Assembly (NCBI GenBank): GCA_942491665.1
Contig: CALOBR010000015.1
Span: 7,908-71,907 of the forward strand
Length of the DNA: 64,000 bases
Source of the DNA: Jiangellales bacterium
GTDB taxonomy: Bacteria; Actinomycetota; Actinomycetes; Jiangellales; Jiangellaceae
Direction of reading: 5' to 3'
Positions 29,780 to 39,058 of the stretch are shown in pieces (position 1 is the first letter of the stretch; every line of letters starts with the position of its first letter). Both the position numbers and the translations under genes were made by a program. The notes beneath the pieces were generated by a model. It did no database searches. It worked only from the letters and a program-made list of their open reading frames with translations, and was not told the origin of the DNA.

Positions 29780-32551
29780 ATGAGTACCGCTAGCAACGCA
29801 ACTGGCACTCCCGATCAGGTTGAGTGGTACGCGAGGTCAGCACAGGACACGGCTGCGGCGGTGGGTGTGGACCCCAGCACCGGTCTCAGCGCCTCAGAGG
29901 CAGCCGCGCGCTTGGCAAAGAGCGGGCCGAACGCACTCCCCGCCGAGGATCCGCCGCCACCATGGACGCTCTTCCTGGCCCAGTACAAGTCCTACATGCA
30001 GATCATCCTCGTGGGCGCGGCGGTCGCCTCGATCCTGATCGGCCAGGTCTCCACGGGCGTCATCGTCTTGGCGATCACGGCGCTCAACGCCGTCGGCGGG
30101 CTGCGGCAGCAGGGCAAGGCCGAGAGTGCGATGAACGCACTCCAGTCGATGCTCAAGACCTCGGCTCGCGTCCGTCGGGACGGTTCGGAGAAGAAGATCG
30201 ACGCCGACCAGGTCGTTGTCGGCGATGTGGTGCTGCTCGCCGCTGGTGACGACGTGTGCGCCGACGGCCGACTCATCGACGCCACCTCACTGCAGATCGA
30301 CGAGTCCGCTCTGACCGGTGAGAGCGTCCCCGCGTCGAAGAGCGCCGACACAGTCACCGCCTCGAATCCGGTGCTCGGCGATCAGTCCGACATGGCCTTC
30401 ATGAACACGCCGGTCACGCACGGCAGCGGCGTGATGGTCGTGACCGCCACCGGTGGCGACACCGCGGTAGGGGGCATCTCGGGGATGCTCAAGTCGGCCC
30501 CGAACGTCAAGACTCCGCTGACCAAGCAGCTGGACTCGCTGACGCTGTGGATCGCTGGCGCCGCCGGGCTGACGATTGTGATCATGTTCGCCCTCGGGAT
30601 CTCCCGCGGCGAGGAGACGCAGGTCATCTTCACCACCGCCATCGCGCTCGCCCTGGCCGCGGTGCCGATGGCGATGCCCACGGTGCTTCAGGTGATCCTG
30701 TCGACAGGATCGACCAAGCTCGCCGCGCAAGGCGCGGTCGTCAAGAGCCTCGACTCGGTCGAGACGCTGGGGTCGACATCGGCCATCAACTCCGACAAGA
30801 CCGGGACGCTGACGATGAACGAGGTCACGGTCGTTCAAGTCATTGATCCCACCGACCGGTTCTCGATCACGGGCATGGGGTACGGGCTTGACGGAGAGGT
30901 GCACCACACCGCGGGAAACACGAACACGATCGAGGAGTCGATCCTGCCGTTCGTGATCTGCAACGACGCCAAGCTGGTCGACGGCAAGGTGGTCGGCGAC
31001 CCAACCGAGGGCGCCTTCCTGGTCATGGGGCACAAGGCGAAGCTCGACATCGAGGGCACGCAAGCGGCCTTCCCGCGGCTGGCCACCCTGCCCTTCGATC
31101 CGACGTACAAGCTGATGGCTGTGTTCTGCCAGGCCACCGACGAGGCCGGGAACGCTGTGGTGCGCGTATTCGTCAAGGGGGCCGCCCCAGCAGTGATCGC
31201 CAAGGCGTCGACAGCGCTGGCCAACGGGGAGAGCGTGCCGTGGACCGATCAACAGGACGAGAGGTCGACGAAGGAGCAGAAGGCGCTGGCTGCCAAGGGC
31301 CTGCGGGTCATGGCGGCGGCCATCAAGGATCTGGACCCCGCTCAGTTCGATCCGGATGGCGACCTGCTCTCCTTGATCGAGGACCTGCAGATGACCGCCA
31401 TGGTCGGGATGATCGACCCTCCACGGAAGGAGTCAGCGGGTGCGGTGAAGGCCGCGCAGGCGGCCAACATCCGTGTACGGATGGTGACCGGCGACGACGT
31501 GCTCACCGGTGCCGCCGTGGCCAAGCAGGTGGGGATACCAGGAGAGGCAATTCTGGGCACTGACTTGGCGGCAATGTCGGAGGAGGAGCGCCTGGCACGA
31601 ATCGATGACATCGGTGTGGTGGGACGCGTGGCGCCTGAGCACAAGGTGCTGATGGTTGAGACGCTTCGAAAGAAGGGTGACGTGGTCGCCATGACCGGCG
31701 ACGGTGTCAACGACGCCCCTGCCATCAAGACGGCCGACATCGGCATCGCGATGGGTTCGGGAACCCAGGTCGCGAAGAACGCGGGTCGCATGATCCTGAC
31801 CGACGACAACTTCGCCACCATCGTGCTGGCCGTGTCCGAGGGACGCAAGATCTACGACAACATGCTCAAGTACATCCGGTTCATGCTTGTTGCGCTGGTC
31901 ACGTATGTCGTGACGTTCTTGATCGCCAATGTGCTCAACATCGCTGGGGGACAACCATTCTCCGCGACTCAGATCCTGTGGATCAACTTCCTGATCACTG
32001 CCCCTATTGGCATCGCCCTGGGTCTGGACAAGGAGACTCCTGGGCTGATGAAGCGCATGCCCAGGCCGAGGGCAGCCTCGATCATGACGCCGGACATGCT
32101 GACCACCGTGGGCCTGGTTGGCCTGTTCATGTCCGTCACCATCAACCTGCTGATCGTCTTCGGGGAGAACGAGTACGACGCGGTCGAGACCGGAAGCAGC
32201 ATGGGCCTGGTCGCCTTCTCGTTGATGCTTGTGGTCGCTGCCTTCGAGAGCCGCGACTCCAAGGCCACAGCTCTGCGCACGGAGACCTTTGACAACAAGA
32301 CCCTGAACATCACCGCCCTGGTCGAGATTCTCCTAGCCGTCCTGATCACCAGGGGTGACGCACTGACCGACCTGCTCGGTACGGTCGCCCTTACCGACAC
32401 TCAGTGGCTCATCGGTGCCCTCCCAGCGCTCGTCCTGTTTGTGGGTTGGGAGATCGGCAAGCTCATCGCCCGTTCGCGAGGTGGCGCTGGGGCCGAGGCC
32501 CCGGACTCTGTGGCGCCAGTCGCCAAGGTCCCGGTCTCTGCCGGGTCCTGA
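29780..32551 (+). CDS. cation-translocating P-type ATPase (P2-like, Ca2+/Mg2+ type)
   Basis: 923 aa with TGES, DKTGTLT and TGDGVNDAPA motifs and 10 predicted TM helices. Confidence 0.9.
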   Translation: MSTASNATGTPDQVEWYARSAQDTAAAVGVDPSTGLSASEAAARLAKSGPNALPAEDPPPPWTLFLAQYKSYMQIILVGAAVASILIGQVSTGVIVLAITALNAVGGLRQQGKAESAMNALQSMLKTSARVRRDGSEKKIDADQVVVGDVVLLAAGDDVCADGRLIDATSLQIDESALTGESVPASKSADTVTASNPVLGDQSDMAFMNTPVTHGSGVMVVTATGGDTAVGGISGMLKSAPNVKTPLTKQLDSLTLWIAGAAGLTIVIMFALGISRGEETQVIFTTAIALALAAVPMAMPTVLQVILSTGSTKLAAQGAVVKSLDSVETLGSTSAINSDKTGTLTMNEVTVVQVIDPTDRFSITGMGYGLDGEVHHTAGNTNTIEESILPFVICNDAKLVDGKVVGDPTEGAFLVMGHKAKLDIEGTQAAFPRLATLPFDPTYKLMAVFCQATDEAGNAVVRVFVKGAAPAVIAKASTALANGESVPWTDQQDERSTKEQKALAAKGLRVMAAAIKDLDPAQFDPDGDLLSLIEDLQMTAMVGMIDPPRKESAGAVKAAQAANIRVRMVTGDDVLTGAAVAKQVGIPGEAILGTDLAAMSEEERLARIDDIGVVGRVAPEHKVLMVETLRKKGDVVAMTGDGVNDAPAIKTADIGIAMGSGTQVAKNAGRMILTDDNFATIVLAVSEGRKIYDNMLKYIRFMLVALVTYVVTFLIANVLNIAGGQPFSATQILWINFLITAPIGIALGLDKETPGLMKRMPRPRAASIMTPDMLTTVGLVGLFMSVTINLLIVFGENEYDAVETGSSMGLVAFSLMLVVAAFESRDSKATALRTETFDNKTLNITALVEILLAVLITRGDALTDLLGTVALTDTQWLIGALPALVLFVGWEIGKLIARSRGGAGAEAPDSVAPVAKVPVSAGS

Positions 32552-32572
32552 GTGCCCGGCGACGTCGCGCTG

Positions 32573-33154
32573 CTAGTCCTCCCTGCGGTGAGTGCGGCGG
32601 AGGGCGTTGTTGACGCGTGCAATCGAGGCGCGGAGCATGTCGGCCCGAGCGGCTTGGACTGGGTTGGCGTGTCGGCGCGCGATGTCGGCCAGCCGCACCT
32701 CGGGGTCGATGACCTCACCGGAAGGTGCTGAGTGCATGTCGGAGTACGCCAATGCGTCGGCCAGCAAGGAGTCCTCTCGCGCAAACTGGTCCTCGAGGTC
32801 GTGTACTCCGTTCTGCGGGGCGGTGAGCACTGCCCAGGAGTGATGTGCCACCAAACGGGGCAGCCGCTCCGGGTAGCCCTCGGAACGAAGAAACAGCGCC
32901 CCGTCCAAAGGGTGGAATCCCGTCCGGACGACGCGTGCGGAGTAGCCGATGTCATGCAGGGTTGCGGCAGCGACCAGTAGTTCAGCCTCGTCGGGGTCGA
33001 ACAGATGCGCCAGGCCCGCCGCGACCGACCCAGCTGTCAGCACGTGCACCCACCGAGTGCCGTGGTCGTGAAGCAGGTCGTGCGCCAGAGCCTGCGCGTC
33101 CTCCCGAGTGGGGCCGAGCGGATCCGAGGGATCCCCGGAGACCAGCTTGGACAT
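32573..33154 (-). CDS. HD-domain phosphohydrolase
   Basis: ATG 33154 is preceded by GAGGAGGAG. HD signature ATLHDIGYS and HHSWAV. Confidence 0.75.
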   Translation of the reverse strand: MSKLVSGDPSDPLGPTREDAQALAHDLLHDHGTRWVHVLTAGSVAAGLAHLFDPDEAELLVAAATLHDIGYSARVVRTGFHPLDGALFLRSEGYPERLPRLVAHHSWAVLTAPQNGVHDLEDQFAREDSLLADALAYSDMHSAPSGEVIDPEVRLADIARRHANPVQAARADMLRASIARVNNALRRTHRRED

Positions 33155-33221
33155 CACTCCTCCTCTCGATGGCCGCCCAACGCTCACAGTCGATGCTCTC
33201 CGCCCTGCCGCCGCGCCGCCT

Positions 33222-33236
33222 CACCCATGACGGGTA
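33222..33236 (-). promoter_or_regulatory. YACCC-N5-GGGTG palindrome, site i (minus strand TACCCGTCATGGGTG, then AGGCGG)
   Basis: 68 nt upstream of the HD gene start at 33154. Confidence 0.4.
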
Positions 33237-33282
33237 GTGCGTGCACACGGGCTGAGCACGGCGGGGCCGGGCCCAGTTGAAC

Positions 33283-33297
33283 TACCCGGTAGGAGTG
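33283..33297 (+). promoter_or_regulatory. YACCC-N5-GGGTG-like site j (TACCCGGTAGGAGTG, then AGGCGG)
   Basis: 56 nt upstream of ATG 33354. This is the second site in the same divergent intergenic region. Confidence 0.35.
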
Positions 33298-33353
33298 AGG
33301 CGGATCCGATGTCCCGGCCGCATCCTTGAGAGACCTGACCCGAGGAGACCCTG

Positions 33354-33611
33354 ATGCTTGAACGGTGCTACGAGGTCTCCGTGCGTGGGGTCATCCCCGA
33401 GGAGTTGCTCGACGAGGTGCGGTCTGGCCTCATCGAGGTTCAAGCCATGACGATTCTCATCGGTCGTGTGCGTGACCAGGCCGAGTTGCAGGGGGTGCTG
33501 CGCCGCGTACACAGCCTCGGCTTGGAGCTGCTCGAGGTGCGCCAAGTTGCCGATGCTTCCGGAGGCAGAACACCGGACCCGGCATCAACCCGGGCCCACG
33601 ACAGTGATTGA
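33354..33611 (+). CDS. small conserved-looking hypothetical protein
   Basis: 85 aa, with GAGGAG RBS 6-7 nt before the ATG. No family recognised. Confidence 0.5.
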   Translation: MLERCYEVSVRGVIPEELLDEVRSGLIEVQAMTILIGRVRDQAELQGVLRRVHSLGLELLEVRQVADASGGRTPDPASTRAHDSD

Positions 33612-33960
33612 CATCGAGGTCGTGGTGGCCGGCGCGGTGGGTGACCTCGCCCGGTCGATGCTGCAGCAGCTCTCCGGCTATGAGCAGTCCACGCGAGTGG
33701 TCGTGTGCAGCAGGCGTGCCCTGGGGGACCTGCTTGCCGGGCTGGACGAAGCCCGCCTCGACGTAGAACGTGTCACGGCGCTCACCGTGTCTCCCGAAGA
33801 ACCACCCGCTCGGGGTGAGGCGCAGACAACCAGCTCACTGAAGCATGAGAACGGCGAACCGTCGCGACGTGTCCTCGACAAATCGATGCCCGACAACTCA
33901 GGAGGATCCAACCATGGCCAAGGGCAAGAAGGCGAAGACGTCGAAGTCCAAGCAGGGTAA
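33604..33960 (+). CDS. second small hypothetical protein, possibly a paralog of 33354..33611; 3' end doubtful
   Basis: GTG 33604 overlaps the upstream stop. The first roughly 65 aa repeat the pattern of the upstream protein. The ORF then runs through motif site m and into ppk2, so the true end is unclear. Confidence 0.3.
   Translation: MIDIEVVVAGAVGDLARSMLQQLSGYEQSTRVVVCSRRALGDLLAGLDEARLDVERVTALTVSPEEPPARGEAQTTSSLKHENGEPSRRVLDKSMPDNSGGSNHGQGQEGEDVEVQAG
33803..33817 (+). promoter_or_regulatory. YACCC-N5-GGGTG palindrome, site m (CACCCGCTCGGGGTG, then AGGCG)
   Basis: 97 nt upstream of the ppk2 ATG at 33914. Confidence 0.4.
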
Positions 33961-34783
33961 GAAGCACGACGCCCCCGCCGATGCCGATGTCACCACGGGC
34001 GGTCCCCCCGCGAAGATGAAGACGAAGGACTACGAGCGCGAGATGCGCCGGCTGCAGGGTGAGCTGGTTGCCATGCAGGAATGGGTCGTCGGCACCGGGG
34101 GGAAGATCTGCGTCGTCTTCGAGGGGCTGGACTCCGCCGGCAAGGGCGGGACCATCAGGCGGATCACCGAGCGAACGAGTCCGCGGGTGTTCAAGCACAT
34201 CGCCCTGCCGACGCCGAGCGCGCGTGAGAAGTCTCAGATGTATGTGCAGCGCTACATGGCCCACTTCCCGTCAGCTGGGGAGGTCGCGATCTTCGATCGC
34301 AGCTGGTACAACCGCGCCGGAGTCGAACCAGTCATGGGCTACTGCACCCAGGAACAGACCGACAAGTTCTTGAGGATGGTGCCTGCGGTCGAGAAGGCGA
34401 TGGTCGAGTCCGGAATCATCCTGGTTAAGTACTGGCTCAACGTGAGCGTGGACGAGCAAACGCGTCGGCTGTCCAACCGGATCGACGATCCCCGCAAGGT
34501 GTGGAAGCTCTCCCCGACCGACTTGAAGTCGTACAGCCGGCACTACAAGTACTGCCAGGCCCGTGATGCGATGCTTGCCGCAACGGACACTTCATGGGCG
34601 CCGTGGTTCGTCGCGGACAACAACGACAAGAAGCGTGGGCGACTCAACATCATCAGCCATCTGCTCACCCAGGTGCCCTACGCACCGCTGCCGCCCTCGG
34701 ACGTGGCCATGCCCAAGCGCCCGACCCCCCGCGGGTACGTCGAGCCCGGCATGCCGCTGCACCGCGTGCCGGCGCTGTTCTGA
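33914..34783 (+). CDS. ppk2: polyphosphate kinase 2 (PPK2 family)
   Basis: ATG 33914 follows AGGAGGA. Walker-A-like GLDSAGKGG, FDRSWYNR, and a lid region typical of PPK2. Confidence 0.9.
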   Translation: MAKGKKAKTSKSKQGKKHDAPADADVTTGGPPAKMKTKDYEREMRRLQGELVAMQEWVVGTGGKICVVFEGLDSAGKGGTIRRITERTSPRVFKHIALPTPSAREKSQMYVQRYMAHFPSAGEVAIFDRSWYNRAGVEPVMGYCTQEQTDKFLRMVPAVEKAMVESGIILVKYWLNVSVDEQTRRLSNRIDDPRKVWKLSPTDLKSYSRHYKYCQARDAMLAATDTSWAPWFVADNNDKKRGRLNIISHLLTQVPYAPLPPSDVAMPKRPTPRGYVEPGMPLHRVPALF

Positions 34784-34836
34784 GCCGGCGGCTCGCGGCG
34801 GTCTCTGCGGGAGGTGCATGAAAGCAGGTCGTTGAC

Positions 34837-34851
34837 CACCCGTTGAGGGTG
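34837..34851 (+). promoter_or_regulatory. YACCC-N5-GGGTG palindrome, site e (CACCCGTTGAGGGTG, then AGGTGG)
   Basis: 91 nt upstream of ATG 34942. Confidence 0.4.
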
Positions 34852-34941
34852 AGGTGGCCTGGACGCGGCGGACCTATGGTTCGAGCATCCCAAAGACTGG
34901 CTCGGCCGAAGGCCGGCCGAGCACGAATATGGAGGTTGGAC

Positions 34942-35463
34942 ATGGCAGAGCCGAACTTCGTCCTGTACGTGGCGACATACGGAGACGATGCGACCGCGGC
35001 AGGGGAGGACTTCGAAGCGATCAAGCAGCTCGGCGACACGGCTGTGGTCGCAGCCGTCGTGCTCGACCGCGACGCGGAAGGCAAGGTAACTGTCAAGGAG
35101 CATGGTGGTGGCCGTGTCGGCGGAGGCGCAGTCGTGGGTGGCGTGGCTGGATTCGTCGTCGGACTGTTCGCACCGCCACTTCTTGCTGCCTCGGCGATCG
35201 GCGCCGGTATCGGCGCCGCCACCGGCAAGATCATGAAGCATCACGAGGAGAAGTCGATCGGCGTCGACGCCGAGACCTGGCTCCCGGCCGGGTCCTCCGC
35301 GATCGTGGCTGTCGTCGACGACCTGTACTTGGATCGCATCGACAAGGCCGTCACCAAGGCGGTCAAGAAGACCAACAAGGCCATCGACAAGGACGACTAC
35401 GACGCGGTGGTCAAGGCTCTCAACGAAGGCGCCGACAACATCGGCGACGCCATCGACAGCTGA
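34942..35463 (+). CDS. DUF1269-like glycine-zipper membrane protein, paralog 3
   Basis: ATG 34942 follows GGAGG. N-domain (FVLYVATYGDDATAAGEDFEAIK) plus glycine zipper (GGGAVVGGVAGFVVG...AIGAGIGAATG). Confidence 0.65.
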   Translation: MAEPNFVLYVATYGDDATAAGEDFEAIKQLGDTAVVAAVVLDRDAEGKVTVKEHGGGRVGGGAVVGGVAGFVVGLFAPPLLAASAIGAGIGAATGKIMKHHEEKSIGVDAETWLPAGSSAIVAVVDDLYLDRIDKAVTKAVKKTNKAIDKDDYDAVVKALNEGADNIGDAIDS

Positions 35464-35479
35464 TCAGCAGACGTCACAG

Positions 35480-35512
35480 AATCGGCTCGCCTCACGGTGG
35501 GGCGGGCCGATT
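35480..35512 (+). terminator. 12-bp stem hairpin after 34942..35463
   Basis: AATCGGCTCGCC-(9 nt)-GGCGGGCCGATT with one G-T pair, 17 nt after the stop. There is no U-tract. Confidence 0.5.
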
Positions 35513-35535
35513 GTCGCCTCGTCTAGTCTTGATGG

Positions 35536-38220
35536 ATGCTTGACCGCGTATCGGCTGCGGCCCTGACGCCGATCCGAAGCCAGCGTCGGGTACCGGTACC
35601 GCCGGCGGATGTGGTGGTCCGCGGCAGCCTCGTCGACCTGCTGAACTCCGCCCCGGACCATCGCCTGACGGTCGTGGCTGCCGGGCCCGGATGGGGAAAG
35701 ACAACTGCAGTAGCGGCGTGGGCCGGCTCTGAACACCACCCAGCGGACCTGCTAGTGGCATGGGTCACCCTCGAACCATCGTCGGACGACCCCCTCGTGT
35801 TCTGGGACAGCGTCCTGACGGCACTACACGAATGCGACGCCATTCCGGCGGACCACGTTCTGTCGGGGTTGAAGCCCTCCGCCGGTATGTCCGACGAGGT
35901 GCTCCTAGAGCTTCAACGTGGCTTGGCCGCCCTGCCCAGCCCGGTGCTGCTCGTGCTCGATGACTTCCATCTCATCGAGGACCCCGCCATCCTCGACGCC
36001 CTCATGCAGACCGTCACGTACAACAGCGCCCTGGCGCTGATGGTGCTGACGCGGGTGAGCCCCCCATGGCCCCTGCACCGGCTGCGCTTGTCAGCAGACC
36101 TGCTGGAGCTGTCGTCGAGCGACCTCGCCTTCGACGACGCAGAGATCCGAACCGCGACAGATGGGCGGGGCATCGACCTGTCCGAGTCGGCGCTCTCGGA
36201 CTTGCTGCGCCGTACGCAGGGTTGGCCGGCGGGTGTCCGCCTCGCCATCCGGTTCCTGCAACGGGCAGGCGCGTCGGACGGGCTCGCCGGGTTCGTGGGG
36301 ACGGAGGCCTCGGTCGCGGAGTACCTGGTGGCCGAGGTGCTCGCCCTTGCGCCGCCGGAAGACCAGGACTTCCTTCTGCGCACGAGTGTGTGCGATCAGT
36401 TGTCCGGCGATCTCGCTGAGGCCATCGTCCCCGGCCGCAGCGGCCAGCAGACGCTCGAGGCGCTCGCGGCGGACAACGACTTCGTCATGGCACAGGGGCC
36501 GCAGCAAGCCTGGTTTCGTTACCACCCCCTGCTGCGTGACCTCCTTCAGCACACGCTGCGCCGGGACCAGCCTGAGCGGTTCCGTGACGCGCACCGGGCC
36601 GCGGCCCGGTGGAAGGCCCAGCACGGTCACCCCATGGCAGGGCTGCGCCACGCCATCAGTGCCGAGGACTGGATCTTGTTTGCGCGGCTCTACACCACGG
36701 CGGCCGGACCAGCGCTGGTTGGCGGGCGCCGCGCAGCCCTTGAGTCACATCTGCGCGACGTACCCTTCAGCGAGTTGGCGAACACACCGGAACTCGAGCT
36801 GTGCCGGGCTGGCCATGCTCTCCTGACCGGCCGCATCCAGGCAATCGAGGGCCACGCCCAGCTGGCCCGCTCCCTTATGGGCGTCGACGGGGAGCAGCCG
36901 ACGGCCGCGGCGGCCGCGCTGCTGGAACTGCTGGCCATGAGCGGTGCGTGGGTGAGGGGCGATGTCCAGGGAGTAGGGCGGTTCGCTCGGGCAGCGGGTG
37001 CGATCCTCGATGCTGCTGACCCGTTTCCCGCGGCCGAGGGGTACCGGTCCATCGCCATGATCAACCTCGCCGGCAGCCAGTTCTGGTCCGGCGAGCTGGA
37101 CCGGGCCCGAGCCACAGTCGCATCCGGGCTCGACCTCGACGGGTCCGGGGACGCGGAGCTGGCCGCCCTCTCATGCTGGGCGCACCTGGCCAACACGGAC
37201 CTGCTCCAGACCCGCCTAGACTCCGCTGAGCAGTTGGCGACGGACGTGGTCGGCCAGGCGATGGTCCGCGGGTGGGCCTCACACATGCAGGTAGCCATGG
37301 CGCACCTAGTTCTCGCGCACGTCCGGCTCCTACGCGGCCAGACAAGCGGCGCCGCTGAGGCTTTGGCCGCCGCCGAGGCAGCCACCGTGGGGGGCCGGAC
37401 CCTCGTAGCGGCCACTGCGCTGGCAACGACCAAAGCTCAGCTGATGATCTCGCGGGGCCGTCCTTCGGCTGCGCAGGACTCGGCCACTCAGGCGAATCAG
37501 ATGGCATCGTTATGGCCGATCCCTGCCTTCCTGGCGGATCAGCTGAACCAAATGGCGACCGACATCGCCGTACTCACCGGCGCCCCGGGACCTGCGGTTG
37601 TCCAAGCACCGGACAATGACTCTGCAACATTGGCGTCGATGCGGGCGCGCCTCACGTGGGCTGCGGGGGATCTTCGCGCCGCCCGATCGCATGCGACGTC
37701 AGTCATCGACGCCGAGGAATTCCCTGCCCAATCCAGCATCAACGACGTGGTCGCCCTCGTCGACGCGTGGTTGGTGCTGGCGCTCGTTGCCGATGTGGAC
37801 AGACGCCCCGTGGATGCCTCAGCGGCGTTGCGTCGATCCGTCGAGATAGCCGGGGAACACCATCTGGTCCGACCCTTCCTTGTCACCGGGTCCGATCGGA
37901 TAGGCGTGCTGCTTCGGCGACTCGCCGATAGTCAGGTCTTCCATGAGTCGGAGCCGTTCCTCGCCGAGCTACTCACCCAGGTCGCGCCCCGACGACCGCC
38001 CGCGACGGAGCCTCCATCGCTGCGAGAGCCGTTGACTGCCCGGGAACTGGCCATGCTTGTCGAGCTGCCCACAATGAAGAGCAATGCAGAGATCGCTGGG
38101 GAGTACTTCGTCTCCGTCAACACGGTGAAGGCCCATCTGAAGAACGTCTACCGGAAGCTTGACGTCGACAGTCGCAGGTCTGCCGTGAGGCGGGCGCGAG
38201 AGCTGGACCTGCTCCCCTGA
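35536..38220 (+). CDS. large ATP-binding LuxR-family (LAL/MalT-like) transcriptional regulator 2
   Basis: 894 aa with P-loop AAGPGWGKTT and a C-terminal LuxR HTH (LTARELAMLVEL...SVNTVKAHLKNVYRKLD). Paralog of 12611..15358. Confidence 0.85.
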   Translation: MLDRVSAAALTPIRSQRRVPVPPADVVVRGSLVDLLNSAPDHRLTVVAAGPGWGKTTAVAAWAGSEHHPADLLVAWVTLEPSSDDPLVFWDSVLTALHECDAIPADHVLSGLKPSAGMSDEVLLELQRGLAALPSPVLLVLDDFHLIEDPAILDALMQTVTYNSALALMVLTRVSPPWPLHRLRLSADLLELSSSDLAFDDAEIRTATDGRGIDLSESALSDLLRRTQGWPAGVRLAIRFLQRAGASDGLAGFVGTEASVAEYLVAEVLALAPPEDQDFLLRTSVCDQLSGDLAEAIVPGRSGQQTLEALAADNDFVMAQGPQQAWFRYHPLLRDLLQHTLRRDQPERFRDAHRAAARWKAQHGHPMAGLRHAISAEDWILFARLYTTAAGPALVGGRRAALESHLRDVPFSELANTPELELCRAGHALLTGRIQAIEGHAQLARSLMGVDGEQPTAAAAALLELLAMSGAWVRGDVQGVGRFARAAGAILDAADPFPAAEGYRSIAMINLAGSQFWSGELDRARATVASGLDLDGSGDAELAALSCWAHLANTDLLQTRLDSAEQLATDVVGQAMVRGWASHMQVAMAHLVLAHVRLLRGQTSGAAEALAAAEAATVGGRTLVAATALATTKAQLMISRGRPSAAQDSATQANQMASLWPIPAFLADQLNQMATDIAVLTGAPGPAVVQAPDNDSATLASMRARLTWAAGDLRAARSHATSVIDAEEFPAQSSINDVVALVDAWLVLALVADVDRRPVDASAALRRSVEIAGEHHLVRPFLVTGSDRIGVLLRRLADSQVFHESEPFLAELLTQVAPRRPPATEPPSLREPLTARELAMLVELPTMKSNAEIAGEYFVSVNTVKAHLKNVYRKLDVDSRRSAVRRARELDLLP

Positions 38221-38725
38221 TCTCACGGTCGCTCCCACGGTGGACCCAACACCTCCCGACCGTCCGCCGCGTCGTGGCCATGTCCTGCCCGTGGCGTGGG
38301 TCCCGAGCCGGCTGATGCCTCGGCTCGCCTGGTTTCTCAGGTGGCCGGGTCGCTGTCGTCATCACCCGCTGAGGAAGGCCAGCGCCCAACTCACCCGGCC
38401 CTGACACCCCATCGCAGGGGTCCTCAGGTCTGTCGACAAGCGGCGTCGGGTGGTCAGGGACGGACCCGGCGGCGCCTGCCGGCCGACCCAACCCAGCATT
38501 CGAGTACGGCTGGGCCAGTGCGCGCTCTCGGCGACGTGGTTGCGGCCCTCCAGCGGCTGTGTCGATGACGACCAGATCGCGTCATCGGTGCGGGGTACCA
38601 CCCGAGAACGGGGCAAGCACGAGCGGACAAGTCGCAGCAAGGCACGAAGCCAGTCCTTTCGGGGGGCACACCCGCGGTCACTAACCACAGCCCAGCACCT
38701 TCGGGCTGCGTTGGTGATCCTCTTT

Positions 38726-38925
38726 GTCCTATCGCCGCCTGTGGACGCACCAAGACCCGGCGTCGCTTCCGCCCGCTGTGGGGCAGGTCGATGACCGGCG
38801 TGGAGCCGACGACGACACCCTGAACGTGCCACAACAACTCGCCACGAGTCAGGACCACGCCGTCAGCGACGTCGTTCGAGATGTGCTCATCCGGCACCGC
38901 GCCGCCAGCTGAGAATCGCCCACAC
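38726..38925 (+). repeat. tRNA-3'-like cassette-boundary repeat R1 (long form)
   Basis: GTCCTATCGCCGCCTGTGGACGCACCAAGACCCGGCGTCGCTTCCGCCCGCTGTGGGGCAGGTCGATG, followed by a roughly 120-nt tail ending CCAGCTGAGAATCGCCC. Confidence 0.8.
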
Positions 38926-39058
38926 AGCCCGGCGACCTGGCCCCGCTCGTTCAGACCCGTTGCCCAGGACACGCCCCCCGAGGGTGCCCATGTCCGTACG
39001 CTCAGCTCGACCAGACGCGCACGGCCGGCGCCCCGTCACCCGCCGGTGGAGGCGACCT

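Noticed and set aside
5180-34851. Reading the palindrome as a SigF/SigB-type promoter (GTTT-N15-17-GGGTA).
   Set aside because: No conserved GTTT-like -35 element lies at a fixed distance upstream of the GGGT half-site. The conserved partner is the inverted YACCC only 5 nt away. It is kept only as an alternative hypothesis.
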